Positions 51,090 to 64,000 of a stretch of 64,000 nucleotides of DNA are shown piece after piece; position 1 is the stretch's first letter; each line of letters begins with the position of its first letter. The notes under the pieces are model-generated. The model was not told the DNA's origin. It made no database searches and worked only from the letters and a program-made list of their open reading frames with translations. The DNA lies in contig JANJGN010000038.1 of the NCBI GenBank assembly GCA_026770705.1, positions 11,036,001 to 11,100,000 of the forward strand. The letters run 5' to 3'. This DNA comes from Isurus oxyrinchus. Taxonomy: Eukaryota. The position numbers were made by a program, and so were the translations under genes.

Positions 51090-53535
51090 ACATTTCTTCC
51101 TGGAGTAGGAATAGAGAAGTTCTTACGTTAGAATATCAAGGTGTAGAATCGGTGCGAGATGAACTAGGAAACAGCAAGCGGCAACAGGCACTGGTGTGAC
51201 TTATTTATAGGCCAACAAGCCGTAGTTATAATGTAGGGCGAGGTATAAAATAGTAAATTATAGTTGCATGTAACAAGGGTAATGTGGTAATCATGGGTGA
51301 CTTCGATCTACATGTAAAATGGGTAAATCTAATTATATCAAGCGCTGTGAAGGACTTGTTCCCGAAATGTATATGAGATAATTTATCTTGAACATTTTCT
51401 TGAGGAATCAACGAGATAACAGAACATTTTAGATGTGGTTTTCTGCAAGTGTAAAGGGCAAATTAATAACGCATTTGAAAAAGTGTCTTTATGGAAAGCA
51501 AAATGAATATTATAGAAGTTTACACTAATTTTGAAGGTGGCGAAGTTCAAAAAAATAATCCCTCCCTCAACAAATAAAGCTGCGAAGGAATAAGGAGAAT
51601 TTGGCTCTAGCCTATTGGTCAACTGCATGAAAAGATTTGACTGCAGGCAAGCAATGGCTAACTGTTGCATAATTAATACATGGTTCACAATAATTTTCCA
51701 TTCCTATGAGGCACAGAAAGCGATCAATTCAAGGCTTAAAAGAAGAGTTAAGGATCATATTAATCGAACGAGCAGTTAAATGCAGTTGCTAAAAGTAGTA
51801 AACCTGAGGATTGGGATTATTTTAGAATGGAGGAAGGGGGATCCTAGAAACTGATGTAAAAAGACTAAATCGAATAGGAAAGTACCCTAGAGCGAAACAT
51901 TTGAAAAAGAACATATTGCTAAAACTTCAAAAGGTATGTAAAAAGGAGAATTTCAACAAAGATAAATGTGGGCCCAATTATAGGAAGGAACATGAAAATG
52001 TATAAGTAATGAGGAAATGACAGAGAAAATGAACTGATACATTGTGTCTGTCTTCACGGAAGAAGATGCGAAAGGTCTCCCGCAAATGCTAGAGGGCCAA
52101 GGGAACAACAAGGTTCAGAAATTGAAATAAATTGGTATTACTACATAAAAACTGGAGAAAATAATGGAACAGAAATTTGATGAAATTTCCAGACCTGATG
52201 ATCTCTTTTTCCCATGCTGATGAAATAGGTGCCGAGAGAGAGAATGGATGTATTGGTGGGTGTTTCCCTAAATTGCATAGATTCTGGAATTGTTCCTGTA
52301 GATTGGATGGCTTAATTAACCTCACTATTTAAGAAAGGAGGGAGGAAAAACGGAAACGACTGTCCTGTAAGCCTGACAATAGTAGTCGGGGAAACTCTAG
52401 ACTCTATTATAAAGGATGTGATAACTGGACAAGTAGAATTTAAACGTCAGTTTGATCTGAATCAATGTGGATATATGGGGGGAAGTCATGTCTGACAACC
52501 CTATTTGTGTTGATATTTGAGGATGTAACTAGCGGTGTAGATAAGGGAGAACCCGTGGTTGTGGTGTGCTTGTATTTTAAGAAGGTTTTTGATCAGTTTC
52601 CAAGCGATTTTAGTAAGCAAAAAATAAAGCAAATGGGTTTGGGGGATAAAATATCGACAATTTGTTTTGGATGGGAACTGGACGCAGAAAGGAGGAATAA
52701 GAGATCATTCTCTGGTTGGCAGACTGTAAATACTGGGGCACTGCATGGATCAGTGCTTGGGCCCTAGTTATTCACAAACTATATCAATGATTTGTATGTG
52801 TCCCAAATGTAATATTTCTGTGTTTCCTGATGCAACAAAACTTAGGTGAGTGTGAATTATGAGGAGAAATCTGAATGGCTTCAAGGGAATTTGGAGAGGT
52901 GAAGTGAATGGAAAAGATCAAGGTCCAAGAAATATAATTTTGAAAATGCGAAGTTAACCCCTTTATTAACATTAATGGAAATGCAATGCATTTCTGGAAT
53001 GGTGATAGGTGGAGAAGTATTGATGTCTAAATAAACCCGAGTCCTTGTTGACAATCGCTGAAAAGTAACATGCATGTGCATCAAGCAATTAAAAGGCAGA
53101 TGGTACGTTGTAATTTATTGCAAGATTATTTGAATACAGGCGTAAAGAAGTGTTTCTGCAGTTGCATAGAGCTTTGATGAGGCTGCCCCTGGAGTACTGT
53201 GTGAAAAGTTGGTCTACTGACCTAAGTAAGGATAAACTTTCCATTTTTGGAATGCACCGAAAGTAAAACAGAATGATTCCTGGCATGGCGGGATTGTCCT
53301 GTGAAGCGAGATCGAGGGGACTGGGACTGTACCATCTAGACGTTAGAACCGTGAGAAGTGATCCCATTGAGAGAAAGAAAATTGTCAACGATAGGTGTCG
53401 GAAGGATGTTTACCTGGGCTGGGCGGCCTGGAACCAGGAAACACAACCTCAGATTGGACAGTTCAAGTCAGAGGAGAACTGCATTCACTTAGAACTTACT
53501 GAATCTTTGTAATTCCCTCTCCAGAGGGCTTTAGA
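51090..53535 (+). mobile_element. Decayed CR1-type LINE ORF2 (endonuclease to RT)
   Basis: Peptides VIMGDF, GKSCLTTL...FEDVTSGVDKGEPV...FKKVFD, GSVLGP and LEYCVKSWS, with many stops and frameshifts. Confidence 0.85.
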
Positions 53536-53539
53536 AGCT

Positions 53540-54330
53540 AAAAGCAAAAAAAAAACTGCGGATGCTGGAAATCCAAAACAAAAACAAAATACCTGGAAAA
53601 TCTCATCAGATCTGACAGCATCTGCGGAGAGGAGTACAGTTAATGTCTCGAATCCGATTGACTCTTCAGAAGGAAAAATAGAAAATAGGTGAAATATAAG
53701 CTTGTTAAAGGAGAGGAGTGGGTGTGGTGGGACAGCTGGATAGAGGGCCAGTGATAGGTGGAGATTGCCAAAAGATATCATAGACAAAAGTACAAAGAGG
53801 TGTAGACGGTGGTGATATTGTCTAAGAAATGTGCTAATGGTGACATTAAGCGTAGAAAGCAGGACGAGCTATGTACCGAGGGTGGGGTGAGGTGAAGGGA
53901 TGGGATCAAAATAGGCTAAAAGGTAGAGAAGAAACAATGGATGGAAATGCATTTAAAATAATGGAAATAGTCGGGAAAAGAAAAAAAGTATAAAAATGAT
54001 TGGAAAAAGTGGGATCGGAAAGGGAGTGGGGATGGAGGAGAGAGTTCATGATCTAAAGGTCTTGAACTCAATATTCAGTCTGAATAGTTGTAAAGTGCCT
54101 AGTCAGAAGATGAGGTGCTGTTCCTCCAGTTTGCGTTGAGCTTCAGTGGAACATTACAGCAGGCCAAGGGCGCACCTGTGGGCATGAGTGCAGAGTGATG
54201 TGTTGAAATGGCAAGGGACAGCGAGGTCTGAGCCATGTAGACTAAATTGAGGGACGTGCAAGTGGAATGCTGTTTCAGTTGAAAGGAGTGTTTAGGCCCT
54301 TGGACGGCAAGGAGAGGGAAAGTAAAGGCT
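53540..54330 (-). mobile_element. Penelope-like element 3' portion inserted in the CR1 tail
   Basis: The minus strand reads VQGPKHSFQLKQHSTCTSLNLVY and, after an internal deletion, CHFNTSLCTHAH...LGLL*CSTEAQRKLEEQHLIF*LGTLQLFRLNIEFKTFRS* (GIY-YIG C-terminus). The 3' UTR and terminal repeat follow. Confidence 0.85.
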
Positions 54331-54524
54331 ATAGAAGCTGACTGATTGAGCACGTTCAACACAGAGATAGATGGATCTCTAGTTATTTACGATGACAAGA
54401 ATCCTCTTCCTAACAGCGCTGTGGGTGTACCGACAACAGAGCATTTCAAGAAGGCAGTTAACCAGAACAATCTTAAGGACTATTAGGGATAGGCAATAAT
54501 ATGGCCAGAATGTAGGATTATGGC

Positions 54525-55617
54525 CTAGATATGGAAACGAAATAAGGAAAAGTCAGTTTTAATCAGGATAGTTTTGGGTATAGAAGAAGTTTCCTCAATC
54601 TATGTTTAAGACTTTGAATTGCACCAATTTCAGCTGGAGTGGAGATGGGGGAGAAGCTCCTTGTTTGATGCCTGGGAACTTTCAAACCCTGATGGAATTT
54701 CAATGCGTTCCTCTCTGAACTTTTCTGTATTTTTGACTATTCATTTACTCTCATTCTATTTTCTCTCGTGCCCTCTATCCTTGGAATTCTAGTTCAGGTT
54801 TTACTACCTCAATTTCCCTTCTAGACTTCAAAATGAATTTCCTTTTTTAATCCCAATTGTCGTTTCTCCAAAGTTTATGGTCTGCCCACTTTTCTACATC
54901 TGCGTTGATGCAGAAGATCAGCCTTGATCTGTTAGAATGATGGTTCAGGCTCGAGGGGCGGAACGGCCTACTGCTGCTCCAATGTTCCCATGTTTCTATG
55001 TTCTCCACGTTTCCCAAAACATGCTGATTGAAGGAGTACCTGGCAAATTTTGCCAAAATGATCTCTTGTCCTGCAGTTGCGAAAATGAAGATAGCGGCTT
55101 GACTGATTGACAAAGGGCCCAACGGTCGAATCAGAATTTCTATTTTAAGCAGTGAAGCTCAAAGTCTGAAATGCAAGAACTGATAAATTCGAGAATGCAT
55201 GGATTCCAACGTCGCCTTTAATTTGGGTTTGGAACATTGCAGACTCACAGGTAATTTGAAAGTAGTAAAATGAGCTTAGTGTCACTGTCAGAAAGCTGGG
55301 AAAGAGATGAAGCTTTGAATGAATTCCATCCACATGGTAACATTTTATGGTTCTTGGTGCATGTGAGTGCGGGCATTCCCAGCGTTTTGCATTTGTATTG
55401 TTGCAGGCTTGGCTCACAGGAGCAGTTCTAGAAATGGAAACGAAATAAGAAAAAGTCAGTTTCATCAGGATGGTGGTTGGACATGGAATAAGTTTGCTGA
55501 ACCAATCTTTAAGTCTTTTGAATTTCATCAATTTCAGCTGGAGTGGAGATGGTGGAGAAGCTCCTTGTTTGAAACGTGGAAAATTTCTTGTCCTGATGGA
55601 ATCTCAAGGTGCTTCCT
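54525..55617. repeat. Pair of ~190-bp diverged direct repeats (54525-54712 and 55428-55617)
   Basis: Both copies share atggaaacgaaataag.aaaagtcagttt, aatttcagctggagtggagatgg.ggagaagctccttgtttga and cctgatggaat.tcaa. Confidence 0.85.
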
Positions 55618-56019
55618 TTTGCACTTTTCGTTATTATTTACTTCATTATTGTTCGCATGCCTTTGCATTTTCGGTTTGCAACGGATTTTGCTCTGTTCGA
55701 TTGGAACGTGTGGATGTGAGAGGAATGGAGTCGTTGTAGTGGCTGAAGAAAGGAGTGATGATGAACAAGGTAGGGTTTTATCTGGGATGGGGATTGAACC
55801 GGTGCTGTTGCATCATTCTGTTACATACGCCAGCGATCCAGTCAACTTAGCTGACAGACGCCCTCACCAACATCTTCTTTAGATGATCCGTGTTTCATAT
55901 CACACAATGAGCAAGCTTCTTAAAGCGAATGACTGCTTACCCAGGAGATGGCACAGGTTTGTGACAGAAAGAGCAGCAACAATGGCTGGGATACAATGAA
56001 AGTTCATCTTTTATTTTAA

Positions 56020-56927
56020 TCATTTCAATAGTGTTACAAATAGTCTGAGTGGATATTTCACGCCATTCTTTAACGCCTCTCTGAATTTACCCTGTACCCC
56101 AGCATAAATAAACGGGTTGATGCAGGAGCTCAAAAACAGAAACATGAAGCCGCTTTCCTCCAGAATAAAATTTGATTCATTGAGATTTGAACCTGAGAAA
56201 TAAGTAACATTCGCAATTCGGACATACACTAGCGTTATAAAAAATAATAAGTACAACAGGATGAAACTTCCCGAGATGGTGAAGAGAAAAACAATGGACT
56301 TTCTCTGCTTCTCCATCTCTGGGTCACGCTCATGCTCTCCATTGCTCTGGGCTCGGAGTCTCCTGCGGGCTCTATTGGCCACTAGAATGTGTCTGACGGT
56401 CAGAGCATTGAGCAGTAAGATCAGAATGAATGGGAGACATGGGGTTAAAATGGTACGAATCCAGTCATATATGGCCCATGCTATTGAAGTATAAAATGTT
56501 AATTTTATGCTGCAGAACCAAGTGATGTTTTTAGTGATGTACAAGGGTTCATATATAAAATATAAAAAGGCACCTATCAAACAACTCAGTGTGCAGACGA
56601 TTGCTATCACGGTAGCTGCAGTTTTCTCGGTGCAATATTGTCGGTTCAGATTCTGGCAGCAAATGGCCACAAATCTATCAAATGTGAAAGCGACTGTTAA
56701 CCAGACAGAACTGCTGAGTGCTGCAGAATTCAGTACAGAACGAAGACTGCAAACCGGCGTGAAGGAGAGGAAACTGAGTGGGAAATACATTCCAGCGACG
56801 CGGTTTAATATCACAGCGGAGATAATGATCAGGAGATCCGACACTGCCATGGAAACCAAATACCAAATAATACACTTGGATAGGCCGCATGGTTTTCGAG
56901 GAAGAATCACAATCACTGCCAAGTTAG
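56020..56927 (-). CDS. GPR139/142-like class A orphan GPCR, intact main exon (copy C); exon 1 not found in the window
   Basis: Acceptor tttacag|CT AAC starts a ~300-aa open frame. It contains SMAVSDLL (TM2), PVC, FTFDRFVAIC (DRY-like), WFC (ECL2 Cys), PCLPF (TM5) and SSCINPFIY (NPxxY) with helix-8 KFR. Confidence 0.93.
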
Positions 56928-57454
56928 CTGTAAAAGGAAGAGAGAAAATTAGTGTGAAAGATGGAAAATGTGCCTGTGTACATCATCAAGGACAGTAATA
57001 TTGCTGTTTGGACTCTACAGAAAAATTTCCATTTCGCAGGATTCCATGTGAATTCCTAGTTTGATTCGTGGTGCTGAGTTGGAAAATGTCAGCTACGCTG
57101 TGGCCACTTGTTGCTTTGTAGAATTAATCATCCCACTGAAAGAATTGGGCAAACCAATGAGATGAAAATGTAAGATTGGAGAATGAAACATGATGGAGAG
57201 CAAGAAGGCATCCAAACCACATTGAAACCAACAAGCCACATCATTAGATAGGAAAACTAATATCCCTGACATGTTGTATACTATATCTCAGACGATAGCT
57301 GACAGGACAACCAACAGATCCGTCACCCAACTGGTTCAGAAACACCCTAGGCACTGCGTAAAGGTGGAAATATTATTGCTTCTGAATTCCAGAGAATGTG
57401 TTCGTGATTGTGTAGTAACAACAGTGAGATCTTCTCCTGATTGTTATAGTGGTG

Positions 57455-57850
57455 CAGGGAAAGGGGATGGATGGGTGGAGGTGTAAGGACAGTGGAGTGG
57501 GAGGTACGGATGGGGTGAAGAACGAGGAAGGTAAAGGAGGGAGCAGGGAAAGGAGGGGATGGAGTGATAGACGGAGAGGTAGGAAGGATATGGGGAGAGA
57601 GGTGGTGAGGAGGAATGTATGGGGTGCATTGGAAGAGAGGAGGTGGAGTGCATGGAAAGGGAGGGCGATGTTGTGAGGAGAACGGGCTGGAGAGAAGATG
57701 GTGAGGAAGCAGGTGAGGGAGTTGATGATAGGAGGTGGGAAACAGGGAAAGTGAGCCAGCTTGAGGGGCTGTTTGTGGAGGGGGGAGGGAGTAGGGGAGG
57801 GGCGTGGCGTGTCCTGGTGGGGGACATGGTGATTTGAGGGGAGGGAAGAA
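57455..57850. repeat. Purine (G/A)-rich low-complexity tract
   Basis: About 400 bp of strongly G/A-skewed sequence, which produces several overlapping Pro/Ser/Leu-rich spurious ORFs. Confidence 0.8.
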
Positions 57851-59269
57851 GCCGGTGAGTACCATAGGTGGCTGTACAACTGAATTAAAGTACTGTGGAG
57901 GCTGGATTTCACAGGGAAAACCGAGAGGATTGGAAGAAATTAGCAGGTCTCGCAGCATATGTGGAGAGAGAGAAACTGAGTTCATTATTCAAATCCACAA
58001 TCTTCACTGTGTGTAGATTGTCATCATGGACTCGAAATAAGAAGTCCGTTTCTCACTCCACAGATGTTGCTAGGCCTACTAAGTTCGAGTTAAACGTTAT
58101 GTTTTTACCACTAAAAATAGGGGCGGCACTGTGTACTCAGCTTTCCTGCTCATAAGGTGCTCAGGAAAGATAGGGACAGGAAGAAATGGGTGAAACTGGC
58201 TGTAATGATTGCGGGAATAATGCAGAGAGAGAAGAGGTCCTGGGGAGTTCAATGACAGAATCTATGGCCACCATGTAGTTGTGATATGTGGAGAAGCCAA
58301 CTGTCATGATCATTAGAGAGAGGCGATGAAAATGACGAAAAAATAAATAATAGGGGACTTCCGATGCTGCACAAAGACTGGGATAGAAGTAGTGCAAACG
58401 GGCATAGATAAGGAAGAGCTTTTGAAGTGTTAAGATGATTTTGTTAATATATATTTTCTTTAGCCCAACAAAGTGGCAATATTTGATAAGAATTTGTGGA
58501 ATGAGATGTGTCAACCGAATCTGGTGTCCGTTGGTGAATGATGAGGGAACAAATATCTTAGAATCATAATTCTTGAAAAATTATCCAGAGCAACATATAT
58601 ATGAAATACGAAATTTGAGTAGATGTATTTCATGCAGGTGAGATTGGATCCACCTCAGGTAAATCAGGTGGTATACAACGGTGGCAAACAAGACCTCATA
58701 AGAACAATGATCTCCTTTTAAAAAGGTACAGGTGAGGCATATTCCCAAGATGGGGAAAGATAAGGGCAGCAAAACCAACTTCGCCAATGACGGGAAGCAT
58801 ATGGAGTATGGTGAATCAAACCAAGCAAAGAGCGACAGAGGTCAACTTGATAAGTCAATGTGAACAATATTGAATGTAAAACATAAGTTGATCAGTAACT
58901 CGTGACCAGAAAGATAGGCGACCAGGTCAGATTGAGGCTGATCCTGAGTGATTAGCACATTAGGTTCATGTGGGGATGCAGTTCACATGTGAAAGAGGTG
59001 TGGTATACATGGAGACAGGTTTAAGATAATTCGTAAAGTTATGGAATTATGCTAAGCAAATAAGATAAGAGAGCCCATAAAACAGAGAGTTCACAGAGAA
59101 GAAAAGCCCACAAAGCAGCAGAGAGAGCTGATAGAGCATAGGTAAAATCTATAACTGGCCTCACAGGAATCTACTTAGTTGAATAGCTAGTAAATATGGG
59201 TCCGTCCAGAATCGGCACAGGGGAGGCGGTTGGAGAGCGACAGGGGAATTATTATATGATACCACACTG

Positions 59270-62200
59270 TTGCAAACACCTCATAAAAATTTTATTCTAT
59301 GTCGGTGCAGCTTGGTCATGTGGAATGTACATCCTGCCAGGTGTGGGAAGTCGTGCAGGCACAAAATGCCCTCCTTGATTACATATGCAGGAAGTGTCAC
59401 CAGCTGCAAAAACTCAGCTCTAGAATGTGGAACGTGAGCGCTGGCTGGAGTCAACGTGGTGCATCCGCAAACCTAATGATTACATGGATAACATGCTTAG
59501 AGTGGCAGTCACGCAATAGCTATGAATTACAAAGGCAGAGAGGGAATGTGCGACCGCCAGAGTATCTAAGGTAGATAGGTAGGATGAGCAGCAATCTCCG
59601 GAGGCCACCTTGCTGTCCAGTCGTTCCCACACTTTGGATTTTGGTGACTGAGGTAGGTCCCCTTAATACTAAAGAAAGAGGCAGGTTGTGGCACAACTGT
59701 TGGCTCAACTGCACGGGAGGGAGGGGGAAGAGTGCAATTGTGGCAGACAATTCCATGGTTAGGGAACATGGTCAAAGCTGTCACAGAGTGGCAGTAGAAC
59801 ATTGCTTTAGGGAAGGATGAATAGGTTGAGGATGAATAGGTTGAGGACGTGGCCCACATTGGGACAAAAAACATAGGTAGGAAAAGCGATGAGGCCCGGA
59901 AAGCAAAATTTATGGAGCTTTCGTCTCAGGATTACTCCCATTGGCAGATACTAGGGACCATGTGAATAGGTAGAGTGAGCAGTTCAAAGCGTAGCTGGAG
60001 AAATGGAATAGGAGGGAGTGATTTAGCTTTCTTCGCCATTGGGGCCGGTTCTGGGATAGGTGGGAATGGCAAAAGAATGAGGGGTTTCATCTTAACAGGA
60101 CTGGGACAAGTGTCCTCACGGGAAGATATGCAAGTGTTGTTGGGAACACATTAAAATGGGTTGACAATGAGATGAGAACCCGAGAGGAAATTCAGAGTGG
60201 AGACGGTTGGAACTGGCAGTGGGAAGTAGAAAAGTTCTAACTGATAAGAAGGGTATATCAGCGAGTAGTATGAAGGTAATAGAAATGCTTGGAGAATTTA
60301 TAGAGTTAGTGTGGGCAATAGCAAGTCATTCGATCAGGAAAGAGTGAGGAGAGAGTAAAAGTAAAACTAAATCAGTGTTACTATGCGCTTAAGTAAATAC
60401 ACAAGGTTTGGATAATAAGAATGGTGAACTACAGACACAGGCGACAAATAGAATTATGATATTATTGCTATAACAGAAACATGGGTCAAAGAAGGGCACG
60501 GCTAGGAGTTAACAATTCCATGTACCAGATGTTAAGGAAATGAAGAAAATCTGGATATGGGTGGTGGTGGCGGTGGTGGCAGTGTTGATTAAAATGACAT
60601 CATAGTACCTGAGAGTGAGGATGTTCCAGAGGGGTCAATGACCGAATCTCTCCGGCTTGAGGTAATGAGTGAAAAGGCTGAAATGACCATTGCAAAACAG
60701 AGATCACCAATTGGTGGAAGGGATATAGAGAAGCAAATGTACAAAGAAGTTACAGGGAGGTATACAATTATAGATTTATAATAATGGGGGACTTCAATTA
60801 TCCAAATATAGCCTGGCATCGGAATAGTGCAAATGGACAAAAGGGGCGACAGTTCCTCGAATGTGTTCAAGATAAGTTTCTGCAACCGTATCCTTCTGGT
60901 CTAACCAGAGGGAAGGCACTGTTGGAACTTGTTTTTGGGAATGGTTTGGCTCAATTGGATCGAATGTCAGTGGGAGAGCATTTAGAGAACCATTAGCATT
61001 GCATTTTCAGGTTTATGTTGGCCATGGAAATGGACAAGGAACAATCCAGGACATGGATAATTCATTGGGGGGAAGCTAACTCCATTGGAATAAAAATACA
61101 CCTGAGTCGATGATGTGCAACCTAATGCTGGCAGAAAAGACACTGGTTCAACAATGGCGATCTTCAAAGGAAATGGATTGCAGGCAATGTCAAGCTATAT
61201 TCCCTTAAAGGGAAAGTTAGGAAAAGTAAATCCTGAACTCCCTGGATGACGAGAGGAATGAGGTGATGATGAAAAGAAGGGCTTTTGCGCACAACAGAGG
61301 CCAGGTAGAAAATACAACACAGAATCAAGCTTAACATGGAAAGAAGGCCGGAGCGGGGGAGGCGATACAAATACTAATATGCAAAACAAGGAGAAAGCAT
61401 GAGAAGATATTGGCAGCTAGCATGAAGGGGAATCCCAAGGTCTTCTAACAGCGTACAAATAATAATGTTTGGTAAAAGAAGGAAGATCCGATTATGGAAT
61501 GGAAAGTTGAGTTGCACCTGAAGGCAGGATAAATAGCGAAGGCATTAATTTGCAGGTGAATTTACAAAGGGAGAACATGTTACAAGGCCGAGGTGAAAGA
61601 GGGGTTAACTGGTACACTATAAGAATTTACAGTTGAGAAGAAGGAGGCTTTAGAAAGGCTACCTTTACTTAAAATTGATAAGTTATCAATATCGGTTGAG
61701 ATGCATCCAAGAATACATTGGGAAGTGATAGTGAAAATTTCAGAGGCAGTAGTGATAATCTTCCAGCTTTCCATAGACACGAGTGCGGGGGTGGGGGGTG
61801 GGGTGCGGGGGTGGTGGGTGGGCGGGGTGGTGTTGGGGGCGAGGTGAGACAGTGGATGGAGGGGTGTGCCAGAGTGCTGGAGAATTGCGAAAGTTACACC
61901 CTTGTTCATTAATGCTGGCGGTGATGAAGCACCAGTCAGTTTGACTTCTGGAGACTATACCTAGGAACATAGTAAATCGACACTTTGACAAGGGCAGAAT
62001 AATTTTTAAATAAGTTGGCTTTTTTGAGATGGTAACAGGGAATGTTGATATGAGCAATGATGTTGATGTGGCATTCCTGGATTTTCATAATGCAGTGCCA
62101 AACAGCAGGCTTGTGAGAAAAATTCTATATCTGGGAATAACAATGAGTGTTGGCACTCTGATATGAAATTGGCTGAATTACAGGAAAAAACGAACAGTGG

Positions 62201-63230
62201 TTCGTGAAGTTTTTTCAGACAGGAGCATATTTGGTAGTAGAGTTCCCCAGGGGTCACTGCTGGGTCACATTCTCTTCATGATACATGTTAAAGACTTAGA
62301 ATCAGTTCTTTAGTGCTTGTTTTCAAAATCTGCAAATGATGCAACGATTGGAATCTTTGTCAACTGTGATGAGGATCGTCTTTAAGTTCAAAATTCAATA
62401 CGAACTTTTGTGGAATGGGCAGACAAGTGATAGATGCAGTTCAATGCAGCGAATCGTGAGTTGATTCATTTTGGAAATAAGAATATAGAAAGACTGGATG
62501 AAATAAAGGGGAAACACTTATGGGAGCTGTAAGAACAGAGGGGTCTCAGTATATTAGTAGATAGGTTATTGACGATGGCAGGGCATGCTGAGAGCAGTTA
62601 ATAAAGGGTTTAGTGCCTAATGTTTATTAATATGACCATTGATTGCAACAGTAAAGTGGTCATGTTGAACCTATTTAAGACACTGGTTACGCCTCATCTG
62701 AGTTTCTGCGGCAAGTCTTGGTCGCCATATTTGAGAAATGATGCGAAGGCAATGGGGAGAGTACAGAGGAGATTCACAGGAATTATCCCAGGTTGGCGAA
62801 TTTTACTCTGATGATAGTTTGAAGAGTTTGCGGATTTTCTTTTCTTGGAGGAATGAAGGCTGAGAGGGGACTTGATAGAGATATTCAAGGTCCTGAGAGG
62901 CATGGGCAGAATAAATAGTGAGAAAATGTTCTCACTTAAGAGAGCATGAAGGGCTTGATGGCACAGATTCAAATTATTTGGAAAAAGGAGTAAAACTAAT
63001 GGGACTGATATTTTTCACCCAAGGTCTGGTGGAATCTGGAACGAAATTCCTGAGGGACTGGTTAAGGCAGCTTTTATCGAAGTACTCAGAGAAGAATTGG
63101 ATGCCTATCGGAATATAATTAATGTGCAAGGTTACCGGAATGAGGCAGGGAAATAGCACTAGGTCAAATGATCTTTCAGAAGGCTACTGCAGACTGGATG
63201 GGCCGAACGGCCTTCCTCTGCAATGTAAAT
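59270..63230 (+). mobile_element. Near full-length decayed CR1-type LINE (ORF1 zinc finger/esterase-like plus ORF2)
   Basis: ORF1 peptides CTSCQVWEV...YICRKCHQL and HIGTKNIGRK. ORF2 peptides IIAITETW, IMGDFNYPNI, WRIAKVTPLF, SKSANDATIG and LFKTLVTPHL...WSPYLRND...VQRRFT. The tail ggatgggccgaacggccttcctctg follows. Confidence 0.9.
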
Positions 63231-64000
63231 ATTCTGTGCATAAGGGGAAGTAAGGGCAACACATCAGCTGGCGACTACGAGAAGAGAATGGGATCAATAA
63301 TAATAGGATGTCCGAGAGTACAAACATGTAAAGAGGGAAAGGGGAATTTTGAGGGAATGGAACCGCGTGCATTGGTTTTGCACAGTGCCCCGCAATGCCA
63401 TGGCGGGCCTTGTGGCCTGATCCTTGCTGTCGCAATCCATTACTTCATTCAGAGAAACACAGATTATTTTATAACGTATCCACGCACATTGTTTCTTCTG
63501 TCAACAACTCAATGCCAAATGATTTAATTGAAGGATAGGGACCCCATATTCCTTTAGCCAGGAATAAGTTAACTGTTGAATAATAATAAATGAATCAATT
63601 GTTGGAAAATACTCAGCCACTGCCAGTGCCAAAAACGCATTGGGTTTACAATTATACCACAAGAATAACGTGATAATTCGCTCTCAATCACAGTGTTTAT
63701 ACGACAATTACATTACAATTGCACCATGCGGACCAATTCATCTACAATCGATTTGTCAAATCACGCAGCAGAGCTACATGATCTCTGGGATGATTCACCC
63801 AGATAAGGGCTGTCAATAACTATATGGAACTACATTCAGACTCTGACAGCGTACTGACAAGGGGCGGTTAGCATAATTGTCTTGAAGTCAGGCGATTCAC
63901 AAAAATAAAACACCAGCAATGCGGCTTCGATTCTCTTTCAGGCCGACGTAGACTTGGGGCTTGCCTTCTCTCCATGCATCTGAAATCGGTAGGCAATGAG

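Noticed and set aside
56261-56998. Plus-strand ORFs of 77 and 163 aa
   Set aside because: Antisense shadows of the GPCR exon.
57347-57985. Long Pro/Ser/Leu-rich ORFs (212, 179 and 127 aa)
   Set aside because: They are products of a low-complexity G/A tract that lacks stop codons.
63381-63720. Isolated CACAGTG heptamers (also ~785 and CACTGTG ~58127)
   Set aside because: No nonamer at 12- or 23-nt spacing; these are expected by chance.
1-64000. Prokaryotic systems (CRISPR arrays, operons, rRNA/tRNA genes)
   Set aside because: The sequence is intron-containing vertebrate DNA. The tandem arrays lack repeat-spacer structure, and tRNA-like bits are decayed SINE heads.

Overview
Eukaryotic, repeat-rich DNA that looks like a cartilaginous fish (shark-type) genome, apparently part of an antigen-receptor region. 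On the + strand are two T-cell-receptor alpha/delta-like V segments, each with a 23-bp-spacer RSS. One is open but has no clear leader exon (34.7-35.0 kb). The other is a leader+V pseudogene (37.6-38.1 kb). About 19 kb upstream, in the same orientation, is an orphan pair of IgM-type heavy-chain membrane exons (TM1/TM2, 15.5-15.8 kb); I found no CH exons in the window. Interleaved on the - strand are four members of a two-exon GPR139/GPR142-like class A GPCR family: one intact main exon, two pseudogenes and one truncated copy inside a 1.9-kb tandem duplication. The rest is mostly decayed CR1/L2-type LINEs, SINEs, Penelope-like elements whose termini carry minimal hammerhead-ribozyme-like motifs, a Harbinger Myb/SANT relic and degenerate minisatellites. 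All calls come from reading the sequence by eye. Repeat boundaries are approximate, and most short ORFs in the track are spurious.
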